A stretch of 51,637 bases of DNA from a bacterium. Its GTDB lineage: Bacteria; Patescibacteriota; Microgenomatia; UBA8517. Positions 1 through 7,250 of this stretch are shown in pieces; position 1 is the first letter of the stretch, and the number at the start of each line of letters is the position of its first letter. Position numbers and translations under genes: made by a program. The DNA lies in the NCBI GenBank assembly GCA_021790215.1, contig JAJYIG010000002.1, positions 1 through 51,637 of the forward strand, given 5' to 3'. Below the pieces are notes generated by a model. That model was not told the origin of the DNA, ran no database searches, and saw only the letters and a list, made by a program, of their open reading frames with translations.

Positions 1-325
1 TTGCGTAATCTTTTAGTTTATTAGGAAGAGTCAGAATCCTTTTTTCAGGCCTTGGTCCCAAGGCAACACCTCCACCGACAAAAAGGTTGGCTCTGCGGCT
101 ACCGTGACGTGCACCCCCGGTTCCTTTTTGTTTATAGAGTTTTTTGGTAGTCCTATTTACCTCAGATCTTGTTTGCGTCTTCCTTAAACCAACATGTGTC
201 CTTTCTTCGTAGACGTGAATCGCCTGAGCCAAAAGTCCGGGATTCTCTTTTATCTCAAAATCTTTTGGGAGATTGTAATCTTCCAACTTAGCTCCTTTTG
301 CCGAAAAATTCTGTACTTTTGCCAT
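1..325 (-). CDS. rplD: 50S ribosomal protein L4, N-terminal part (gene runs off the window start)
   Basis: It is absent from the ORF track because it is truncated by the window edge. My reverse-strand translation from the ATG at 325-323 gives MAKVQNFSAKGAKLEDYNLPKDFEIKENPGLLAQAIHVYEERTHVGLRKTQTRSEVNRTTKKLYKQKGTGGARHGSRRANLFVGGGVALGPRPEKRILTLPNKLKDYA. The KQKGTGGARHGS...FxGGGxAxGPxP block is the L4 signature. The gene lies directly downstream of L3, as in S10 operons. Confidence 0.9.
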   Translation of the reverse strand, partial: MAKVQNFSAKGAKLEDYNLPKDFEIKENPGLLAQAIHVYEERTHVGLRKTQTRSEVNRTTKKLYKQKGTGGARHGSRRANLFVGGGVALGPRPEKRILTLPNKLKDYA

Positions 326-336
326 ATTATTCTTTA

Positions 337-1116
337 TTATTCTTTAGTTTCCGATTCTGTTGCCTTAGGGGCGGGTGCTCCTACCTCTCCACCTGTTTGA
401 GGAGCAGCTCCCTCAGCCTCGCCTTCCACCATCTGTGCCACAGTTTCTTTTTCAAGTTCTTTCAAACTTCCAGATTTAACTTTTTTAATTGTCAGCAGTG
501 CTCCGGGAGCTCCGGGAACTTGTCCAGAAATTTCAACTTCGTTTGTTTCCGGATTGACAGAAATTACGTGCAAATTTTTTATTGTAGACATAACCCCCCC
601 CATTCTTCCAGCCATTCTCTTACCTTTATAAACTCTTCCGGGAGTCGTGGTTTGCCCGACAGAACCAGGCGCCCTTTCACGATCAGATTGTCCGTGGGTT
701 CTTGGTCCACCTCTAAAGTGGTGTTTTTTAACAACTCCCGCAAAACCCTTGCCTTTAGACACCCCCGAAACCGAGACAATATCTCCCGGATTAAGAACGT
801 CTGAGACCTTTATCTGATCTCCAACATTAAATCCCGGTTCTTTATTTAACCTAACTTCTCTTAAAAATCTTGGAAAATTTTGGCTCTTTGTCTCTGATGT
901 TTGGCTCTTTTTGAAGTGTCCCTGAAGTGGCTTTGAAGTATTTTTTGCGGACTTTGTGGAAAAGGCAAGCTGAACTGCCCAATACCCGTCTTTTTCAATC
1001 CTTTTGACTTGAGTAACTGTACAAGGACCAAGGGTCATCTTTGTCACAGAAATCCTAAAGCCTTCCAGAAAGGCCTGCGAACTTCCCTTTTTTGATCCTA
1101 AGATGGTATTTATCAT
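337..1116 (-). CDS. rplC: 50S ribosomal protein L3, with an acidic Ala/Glu-rich C-terminal extension of about 45 aa
   Basis: This 259-aa ORF carries L3 motifs (GPCTVTQVKRIEKDGYWAVQLAF, FAGVVKKHHFRGGPRTHGQSDRERAPGSVG, RVYKGKRMAGRMG). The tail ...VEGEAEGAAPQTGGEVGAPAPKATESETKE extends beyond the usual L3 end. Confidence 0.95.
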   Translation of the reverse strand: MINTILGSKKGSSQAFLEGFRISVTKMTLGPCTVTQVKRIEKDGYWAVQLAFSTKSAKNTSKPLQGHFKKSQTSETKSQNFPRFLREVRLNKEPGFNVGDQIKVSDVLNPGDIVSVSGVSKGKGFAGVVKKHHFRGGPRTHGQSDRERAPGSVGQTTTPGRVYKGKRMAGRMGGVMSTIKNLHVISVNPETNEVEISGQVPGAPGALLTIKKVKSGSLKELEKETVAQMVEGEAEGAAPQTGGEVGAPAPKATESETKE

Positions 1117-1208
1117 GAGTCTGCGAATGACAAGCTTTTATTCTGCCGGGGGCAGAACTTATCATTTTTGTTCTGAACTTATTGACATTTCAACTTGTCA
1201 TTAAACAA

Positions 1209-1233
1209 CAAAAAAGCGCCTCTGAAAGGCGCC
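1209..1233 (-). terminator. Putative intrinsic terminator about 215 nt downstream of rpsJ
   Basis: The minus strand reads GCGCC-TTTCAGA-GGCGC followed by TTTTTT. The stem is 1216-1220 paired with 1228-1232, and the T-tract is 1210-1215. The stem is short (5 GC pairs), so this call is moderate only. Confidence 0.5.
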
Positions 1234-1446
1234 AATCTTTATTGAGGCATCTCTCAAAGACCCCTAATGTGGCTGAACCTGATCCATAACCACTTCCATG
1301 TGATGCAATTATATCAAATGAGGTCCGAGCTTGCAAGGCAGGGTTACTTTACCAGTTCCTTTACAAATCTGCCCCAAACAACTTTAAGCACTTTTCGGGC
1401 TACACATACAAGAGGGATTATGAAGTGAAGAATAACAAACTGAAAC

Positions 1447-1755
1447 CTACATCTTAATCTCAATAGAGACTCCAGCGGGAAGGTCAAGATTGCCCAGGGA
1501 ATCTACAGTCCGGGGGGAGGGATCAATAATATCAATCATTCTTTTATGAACTAAGATTTCATAATGTTCTTGAGCATCTTTATCCGTAAAAGGAGATTCT
1601 TTAATTGCCATCATGGAGCGTTTTGTGGGGAGAGGAATGGGACCAACTATTTTTGCACCAGTGGCTAAAGCGGTATCAATTATCTTGGCTGCCGCCTCAT
1701 CAATTACCCTATGGTCATAACTCTTGAGTTTTACTCTAAGTCTTCCAGTTGCCAT
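1447..1755 (-). CDS. rpsJ: 30S ribosomal protein S10
   Basis: The 102-aa ORF reads LRVKLKSYDHRVIDEAAAKIIDTALATGAKIVGPIPLPTKR...HKRMIDIIDPSPRTVDSL, a typical S10 sequence. It lies immediately downstream of tuf. Confidence 0.95.
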   Translation of the reverse strand: MATGRLRVKLKSYDHRVIDEAAAKIIDTALATGAKIVGPIPLPTKRSMMAIKESPFTDKDAQEHYEILVHKRMIDIIDPSPRTVDSLGNLDLPAGVSIEIKM

Positions 1756-1781
1756 TCCTATTAATGTGCTAAAACCTTAAC

Positions 1782-2975
1782 TTAAGCGATTATTTTAGTG
1801 ATAACACCATCACCAACCGTGTGTCCACCTTCCCTAATTGCAAATCTAACTCCCTCTTCCATTGCCACTGGCTGGATAAGCTTAATCTTCATCTTAGCAT
1901 TATCTCCGGGCATCACCATCTCAATTCCCTCAGGAAGAGTAGCCTCACCGGTAACATCAGCAGTTCTAATATAAAACTGCGGTTTGTAACCTGTGAAAAA
2001 AGGTGTATGACGTCCACCTTCTTCCTTGCTCAAAATATAAACTTCTGCTTCAAATTCAGTATGAGGAGTAACACTTCCCGCCTTGGCCAAAACTTGACCG
2101 CGCTCTACTTGATCTTTATCAACTCCGCGAAGAAGTACACCAACGTTGTCACCTGCCATAGCCTCATCCAAAGTCTTCCTGAACATTTCAAGACCTGTGG
2201 CTACAGATTTTTGAGTAGGTTTAATTCCAACAATTTCAACTTCCTCATTAACTTTGATTTGACCACGCTCAACCCTTCCGGTAACCACTGTTCCACGACC
2301 TTGAATTGTGAAGACATCTTCAATGGGCATCAGGAAAGGTTTATCTATTTCCCTGACAGGGTCAGGAATATACTCATCAACCGCATCCATAAGGGCCATT
2401 ATCTGCTTTTCTGCCTCCGGATCTCCCTCGACTGCTTTCAGGGCGCTACCGCGAATCACAGGAACCTCGTCTCCTGGATAACCATATTTCTTAAGGAGTT
2501 CCCTAACGTCTGCTTCAACAAGGTCAATAAGCTCAGGATCGTCAACCATATCACATTTGTTAAGAAAAACCACAATTGCAGGTACGTTAACCTGCTTGGC
2601 TAAAATTACATGCTCTCTTGTTTGAGGCATTGGCCCATCCGCTGCAGAGACTACCAAAATTGCTCCGTCCATCTGAGCGGCTCCTGTAATCATGTTCTTG
2701 ATGTAATCAGCGTGACCCGGGGCATCAATATGAGCATAATGCCTCTTCTTGGTTTCATATTCCTGATGAGAAAGATTAATTGTAACTCCTCTTTCTCTTT
2801 CTTCCGGAGCTGAATCAATTTCTTCGTATTTCTTGGCCTTTGCCAAACCTTGCTTGGCCAAAACCATGGTAATAGCGGAAGTTAGCGTGGTCTTACCGTG
2901 ATCAACATGTCCGATAGTACCAATGTTGACGTGCGGTTTAGTCCTTTCGTATTTTTGTTTTGCTTCACCTGCCAT
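1782..2975 (-). CDS. tuf: Elongation factor Tu
   Basis: The 397-aa ORF has [18 protein letters not shown] and NKCD GTPase motifs, with full-length EF-Tu-like sequence. Confidence 0.98.
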   Translation of the reverse strand: MAGEAKQKYERTKPHVNIGTIGHVDHGKTTLTSAITMVLAKQGLAKAKKYEEIDSAPEERERGVTINLSHQEYETKKRHYAHIDAPGHADYIKNMITGAAQMDGAILVVSAADGPMPQTREHVILAKQVNVPAIVVFLNKCDMVDDPELIDLVEADVRELLKKYGYPGDEVPVIRGSALKAVEGDPEAEKQIMALMDAVDEYIPDPVREIDKPFLMPIEDVFTIQGRGTVVTGRVERGQIKVNEEVEIVGIKPTQKSVATGLEMFRKTLDEAMAGDNVGVLLRGVDKDQVERGQVLAKAGSVTPHTEFEAEVYILSKEEGGRHTPFFTGYKPQFYIRTADVTGEATLPEGIEMVMPGDNAKMKIKLIQPVAMEEGVRFAIREGGHTVGDGVITKIIA

Positions 2976-3038
2976 ATTTGTAAATTATACTTTCTATCTG
3001 TCAAAAAACAAGAGGCTTATTTTGCCTCAGGTAAGCGT

Positions 3039-3068
3039 ATTATAATCAAGGCTAATTTGGCCTGTCAA
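3039..3068 (-). promoter_or_regulatory. Consensus sigma70-type promoter upstream of tuf
   Basis: The minus strand reads TTGACA (3068-3063), an 18-nt spacer, then TATAAT (3044-3039), about 63 nt upstream of the tuf ATG. A short GAGGC-AAAATAA-GCCTC hairpin followed by a T-run lies between the promoter and the ATG. Confidence 0.55.
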
Positions 3069-3094
3069 TAGGTGTTTTTGACGCTTCTTATTGA

Positions 3095-5266
3095 CTAATT
3101 GCCTCTTGCCATCGTAACTTTTCCTGCTTTGGCAATAATGAGATCTGCAAGATTATGTGGAACTTCCTCATAATGACTCGGTTCCATGTAATAAGAAGCC
3201 CTACCTTGAGTCAAAGATCTAAGTTTTGTTGCGTATCCGGAAAGTTCGGACAGAGGTGTCATGGCAAGAACCACTGTCATCATTCCTCGTTTTTCCGTTC
3301 CGGAAATTTGTGAGCGCTTTGAGGAAAGATCCCCAATGACGTCTCCCATAAACTCATCGGGTGTGGAAACTTCAAGTTTCATTACCGGTTCCAGTAAAAT
3401 AGGGTCGGATTTTCGGAAAGCATCCTCCAAAGCCATTGAACCGGCAATTTTGAAAGCAATCTCTGAAGAATCAACTTCGTGGTAGCTCCCATCGTAGACT
3501 ACCGCACGCATATCAACCATAGGAAATCCAGCCAAAACTCCATTTTCCATCTTTTCCTTGATTCCTTTTTCGATAGGAGCTATAAATTCGTTGGGAATTG
3601 CTCCACCTTTGATTTCACTCTTAAACTCAAACCCTTCACCCCTACCCAAAGGCTCAAGCCTAACAAGACAATGTCCATATTGTCCACGACCACCTGTCTG
3701 ACGAATGTATTTTCCTTCTCCCTGACCAATCTTTTTAACGGTTTCTTTATAAGCAACCTGTGGAGCTCCTGTGTTGGCAATTACATTAAATTCTCTCTTC
3801 ATTCTGTCTACCAATACTTCGAGCTGCAGCTCTCCCATACCAGAAATAATAGTTTGTCCCGTCTCAGGGTTACTCTTAATCCTAAAGGTCGGATCCTCAT
3901 CAGAAAGCTTGCTAAGAGCCAGTCCCATCTTTTCCTGATCGCTTTTGGTTGCAGGCTCAATTGCCAAGGAAATAACGGGTTCAGGAAAGCTAATTGATTC
4001 CAAAATAATAGGATGGCCAGGATCACAAATTGTATCCCCTGTGGTTGTGTCTTTTATTCCGACAACCGCCACAATTTCTCCGGCGTAAGCAGTTTCTATC
4101 AGCTCCCTCTGATCCGCATGAAGAAGTACCAACTTTCCAATTCTTTCAGATTTCTGCTCTGTTGAGTTATAAACTGCCTGTCCCGCCGAAAGGCTACCTG
4201 AATAAATCCTGACATACACAAGGCGCCCCACATGAGGATCTGTCATTACCTTAAAAGCAAGTCCACTGAAAGGTGCTTCGTTTTTTCTATCGCGTGAGTC
4301 TTTCTCGCCGGTTTTAGGATTCGTTCCCTCAACCGGGGGCAGATCCAAAGGAGAGGGCAGGTACTCTACTACCCCATCCAAAAGAAGTTGGCTTTCTGCT
4401 GTACGGTTATCTCCACCAAAAACCGGGAAGAATTTACCGGAAACAACGCCTTTTCTGATTGCCTTTTTGATAGTAATTTCATCAAGTTCAACCCCTTCCA
4501 AAAATTTATTAAGAGCCTCATCGTCAAATTCTGCAACAGCCTCTATAAGTTCGCTTCTATACTTTCTGGCAGATTCCAAAAGTTCCGCCGGAATTTCTTC
4601 TTCCATCAAATTGTGATCTTCAACACCCTTATAAGTAAAAGCTTTCATCTTAATAAGATCCACCACACCCTTATGTTCATGTTCAAGTCCTATAGGTATG
4701 GCTACAGGAGCAGCGTTTGCTCCCAATCTTTCGCGAATAGATTTAATTGATCCCTCAAAATCTGCTCCAATAAGGTTCAGTTTATTCAAAACACAAATTC
4801 TTGGAACATTGTATTTGTCTGCCTGTCTCCAAACGGTCTCAGATTGACTTTCAACCCCGGTTCTGCCATCAAAAACCATCAACGCTCCGTCCAAAACCCT
4901 GAGAGAACGTTCAACCTCTGCTGTAAAATCAATATGGCCCGGTGTATCAATGATATTGATTCTGTAATGACCCGCCTCAACTGAAGAATCTTTTTTCAAA
5001 TCCCAGAAAGTAGTAATTGCAGCAGAGACAATGGTAATTCCACGCTCTCTTTCCTGAGCCATCCAATCGGTAACTGTTGTTCCTTCATCAACGGAACCCA
5101 ATTTATAAGTTCTTCCGGTTTCAAAAAGGAGACGCTCTGTTGTAGTAGTCTTACCTGCATCAATATGAGCAATAATGCCTATATTACGGATCTTTTCATA
5201 GGAAACATTACGATCCTTGGTTGAGGTTGTAATTATTGCCGCTTTCTTTTTTTGTACTTCTGCCAT
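3095..5266 (-). CDS. fusA: Elongation factor G
   Basis: The ORF carries AHIDAGKTTTTERLL, DTPGHIDF and NKLN motifs and EF-G domains throughout. The track ORF extends to 5302, but alignment logic favours the internal start MAEVQKKK... at 5266. The upstream 12 codons (MNQAPLAVKITL) are not EF-G-like. Confidence 0.93.
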   Translation of the reverse strand: MAEVQKKKAAIITTSTKDRNVSYEKIRNIGIIAHIDAGKTTTTERLLFETGRTYKLGSVDEGTTVTDWMAQERERGITIVSAAITTFWDLKKDSSVEAGHYRINIIDTPGHIDFTAEVERSLRVLDGALMVFDGRTGVESQSETVWRQADKYNVPRICVLNKLNLIGADFEGSIKSIRERLGANAAPVAIPIGLEHEHKGVVDLIKMKAFTYKGVEDHNLMEEEIPAELLESARKYRSELIEAVAEFDDEALNKFLEGVELDEITIKKAIRKGVVSGKFFPVFGGDNRTAESQLLLDGVVEYLPSPLDLPPVEGTNPKTGEKDSRDRKNEAPFSGLAFKVMTDPHVGRLVYVRIYSGSLSAGQAVYNSTEQKSERIGKLVLLHADQRELIETAYAGEIVAVVGIKDTTTGDTICDPGHPIILESISFPEPVISLAIEPATKSDQEKMGLALSKLSDEDPTFRIKSNPETGQTIISGMGELQLEVLVDRMKREFNVIANTGAPQVAYKETVKKIGQGEGKYIRQTGGRGQYGHCLVRLEPLGRGEGFEFKSEIKGGAIPNEFIAPIEKGIKEKMENGVLAGFPMVDMRAVVYDGSYHEVDSSEIAFKIAGSMALEDAFRKSDPILLEPVMKLEVSTPDEFMGDVIGDLSSKRSQISGTEKRGMMTVVLAMTPLSELSGYATKLRSLTQGRASYYMEPSHYEEVPHNLADLIIAKAGKVTMARGN

Positions 5267-5308
5267 GAGTGTGATTTTAACAGCTAAAGGAGCTTGATTC
5301 AATGATTA

Positions 5309-5644
5309 TTATCGTTGGTGCTCATCCACTCGACACTTTGACCCGGATACTTTTATTGCCGTTTTTTCGTCCAATATGTCGTAGACTTTTGCTACTTTAC
5401 CAGTTTCCATTTCGACTGCTCCTTCGATTCTTGTCAAAAGGAGATCAACTTCAACTCGCTTTCTACAAAATGCACAGCTATCTGAACCTTCCAATCTTCC
5501 CTTAGCCGAAACATGATTGCCAAATTCTGCTGGCCAACTCACGCCGGATGGTGAAATTGCAGCATTAATAGCTTTTTCCATTGCTCTCTCGTAAGCAGCT
5601 TGGAGCTCTGGGCAATGAATATCACACTCTTGTATTTTTCCCAT
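5309..5644 (-). CDS. Hypothetical 111-aa Cys-containing protein (CxxxC ... CxxC), possibly metal-binding
   Basis: The ORF is on the same strand as fusA and ends 6 nt above the extended fusA frame. Cysteines occur at C7/C11 and C57/C60, plus C104. I recognise no confident family. Coding status rests only on length and position. Confidence 0.45.
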   Translation of the reverse strand: MGKIQECDIHCPELQAAYERAMEKAINAAISPSGVSWPAEFGNHVSAKGRLEGSDSCAFCRKRVEVDLLLTRIEGAVEMETGKVAKVYDILDEKTAIKVSGSKCRVDEHQR

Positions 5645-5716
5645 TGTAGACTGGATTTTATCCTCTCCATATCTAAAAGTAAATTATCATCAAAATATGA
5701 TAGTCTAGCCTCAGTC

Positions 5717-5742
5717 AGTACCATAGTTCGAACTATGGTACT
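5717..5742. promoter_or_regulatory. 26-bp perfect palindrome (candidate operator) abutting the TrpR-like gene start
   Basis: AGTACCATAGTTC|GAACTATGGTACT is perfectly self-complementary. It ends where a TATAAAT box (5742-5748) begins, just before the ATG at 5751. It shares the 12-bp core TAGTTCGAACTA with the palindrome at 6192-6219. Confidence 0.6.
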
Positions 5743-5750
5743 ATAAATAT

Positions 5751-6194
5751 ATGGGTAGAATTTCAAAACACTTTATGAATCCAAAGATAGAAAAACGAGT
5801 TTACGAAGTATTTGTCGAGTCGGTTAAAAATACCAAAACCCCAGATGAAGTCATCGACTTTCTGAATGATCTTTTGTCACCTGTCGAAAAAATAATGATG
5901 GCAAAGAGAGTGGCCGCAGCTTTTCTTTTACTTCAAGATAAATACACATATGAAGAAATTTCAAGAACTTTAAAAGTAAGTAGGGGTACTATCGCAAAAA
6001 TTCATGCCGTGTTTGCACTTCAAGGCAATGGTTACAGGAAAATATTGGGAGACATACTTAAAAGAAAGAATGCAAAGGCAGCCGTATCAGAACTTCTAGA
6101 TGCGATAACACCTCTTCCTCCAAAAAGCGCGAATATTGGCGAGTGGAAAAAAGGGAAAATAAAATCTAAGCAGAAAAGGGAAGAACCAATTTAG
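5751..6194 (+). CDS. TrpR-like / YerC-YecD family helix-turn-helix DNA-binding protein
   Basis: The 147-aa ORF reads EVIDFLNDLLSPVEKIMMAKRVAAAFLLLQDKYTYEEISRTLKVSRGTIAKIHAVFALQGNGYRKIL. This follows the YerC/TrpR-related pattern (..L.S..E......R...A..L.....Y..I...TG.S.ATI.R......G..GY). An alternative start is M9 at 5775. It is the only plus-strand gene in the first 41 kb. Confidence 0.6.
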   Translation: MGRISKHFMNPKIEKRVYEVFVESVKNTKTPDEVIDFLNDLLSPVEKIMMAKRVAAAFLLLQDKYTYEEISRTLKVSRGTIAKIHAVFALQGNGYRKILGDILKRKNAKAAVSELLDAITPLPPKSANIGEWKKGKIKSKQKREEPI

Positions 6195-6219
6195 TTCGAT
6201 AGTTCGAACTATCGAACTA
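6192..6219 (+). terminator. 28-bp perfect palindrome overlapping the TrpR-like stop codon, followed by TTTTTG (terminator and/or second operator)
   Basis: TAGTTCGATAGTTC|GAACTATCGAACTA is perfectly self-complementary. The TAG stop is 6192-6194, and a T5 run follows at 6220-6224. It contains the same TAGTTCGAACTA core as 5717-5742, plus an extra TAGTTCGA/TCGAACTA pair. Confidence 0.55.
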
Positions 6220-6310
6220 TTTTTGTCTAGGTAGTCTTAGATTTGTTTTACTTTGTCCAGATAAATCCCTAAAGGAGATCGCTTGAAGCTAATAACGAGA
6301 AAGCCCGAAT

Positions 6311-6790
6311 CTACCACTTAAAATGACTGAATGCCTTGTTGGCTTCAGCAACTCTTTCAACATCCTGACGCTTTTTAACAGAAAGTCCTTCGCCCTTTGA
6401 AGCATCCATTATTTCAGTAGCCAGCTTTTCGGCAAAAGTATGAAAATCTGAATTTGATTTCGAAAGAGATGAAGCAATTAGCCATCTGATAGCAAGAGAT
6501 TCGCGTCTTACTCCTCTTACAATTATAGGAACTTGATATGCAGCCCCTCCAATTCTTCTCGGACGAACTTCCATTGTCGGCTTAATATTTTCCATAGCTT
6601 GGTTAAAAACCTTCATCGGATCTTCGCCGCTTTTTTCCTTAATAATTTCAAAGGCATGGTAAATTTCTTTTCTTACCACCGATTTTTTACCATCACGCAT
6701 ACTCCGATTTATAAGTTTGGTTACCAAACGGTTTCCATAAATCGGATCCGGCTGTATTACCCTTGGTCTAATTGCTCCTTTTCGTGCCAT
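6311..6790 (-). CDS. rpsG: 30S ribosomal protein S7
   Basis: The 159-aa ORF contains DPIYGNRLVTKLINRSMRDGKKS, EVRPRRIGGAAYQVPI and ESLAIRWL, which are classic S7 motifs. Confidence 0.97.
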   Translation of the reverse strand: MARKGAIRPRVIQPDPIYGNRLVTKLINRSMRDGKKSVVRKEIYHAFEIIKEKSGEDPMKVFNQAMENIKPTMEVRPRRIGGAAYQVPIIVRGVRRESLAIRWLIASSLSKSNSDFHTFAEKLATEIMDASKGEGLSVKKRQDVERVAEANKAFSHFKW

Positions 6791-6816
6791 AATTTGACTT
6801 CTTTCTCCGCAAGTAA

Positions 6817-7245
6817 TTAAGCTGCCTTAGCTCCGGTCTGACCGGCCTTTGAGCCATACTTGCTTCTGCCTTTTTGCCTACCGGAAACTCCAGTTGTATC
6901 ATACTTTCCCCTAACAACATGGTATTTTACTCCTGGCAAATCTTTTACACGTCCTCCTCTGACCATAACTATTGAATGCTCCGCCAACTCATGTCCCTCT
7001 CCGGGAATATAGGCTGTAATCTCCTGCTTATTAGAAAGCCGGACTCTTGCAACTTTTCTTAATGCAGAGTTTGGTTTTTTGGGAGTCATTGTCCTTACAG
7101 TCAAAACTACTCCCCTTTTAAAGGATGAGTGGCTATCAGAAAATTTTCTATCTTTGGCATTAAACCATCTCTTTAGGGCTGTGGTTTTTGTCTTTTTAAT
7201 GACTCTTTTTCTTCCGTGTCTGACTAGTTGATTGATTGTTGGCAT
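6817..7245 (-). CDS. rpsL: 30S ribosomal protein S12
   Basis: The 142-aa ORF contains [30 protein letters not shown] and [17 protein letters not shown], which are S12 motifs. It has a short basic C-terminal extension. Confidence 0.97.
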   Translation of the reverse strand: MPTINQLVRHGRKRVIKKTKTTALKRWFNAKDRKFSDSHSSFKRGVVLTVRTMTPKKPNSALRKVARVRLSNKQEITAYIPGEGHELAEHSIVMVRGGRVKDLPGVKYHVVRGKYDTTGVSGRQKGRSKYGSKAGQTGAKAA

Positions 7246-7250
7246 ATCTT

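Noticed and set aside
1117-1205. A 29-codon plus-strand ORF (MSLRMTSFYSAGGRTYHFCSELIDISTCH) lies in the rpsJ-rplC spacer.
   Set aside because: It is very short and overlaps the GC hairpin. It has no ribosome-binding site and lies antisense to the operon direction. It is more likely chance.
1821-2603. The track lists long plus-strand ORFs antisense to tuf, fusA, rpoC, rpoB, ftsK, rnj, dnaK and dnaJ (for example 1821-2603, 3479-3997, 7953-8435, 12462-12893, 23013-23504, 35571-36233 and 37078-37590).
   Set aside because: They lie entirely inside, and antisense to, genes with unmistakable conserved products. Their translations are low-complexity (Ser/Leu/Phe/Ile-rich) with no recognisable motifs. 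They are typical shadow ORFs.
5266-5302. The track start at 5302 gives a 12-codon N-terminal extension of fusA.
   Set aside because: EF-G homology begins at MAEVQKKK.../...NIGIIAHIDAGKTT. The extension (MNQAPLAVKITL) has no counterpart in EF-G, so I prefer the internal ATG at 5266. This is not experimentally resolvable from the sequence alone.
5302-5766. Alternative ORFs occur in the rpsG-fusA insertion (5302-5505 on the plus strand, 5539-5766 on the minus strand).
   Set aside because: They overlap the longer 5309-5644 ORF and the divergent promoter region. They have no motifs and odd composition, so there is no support beyond length.
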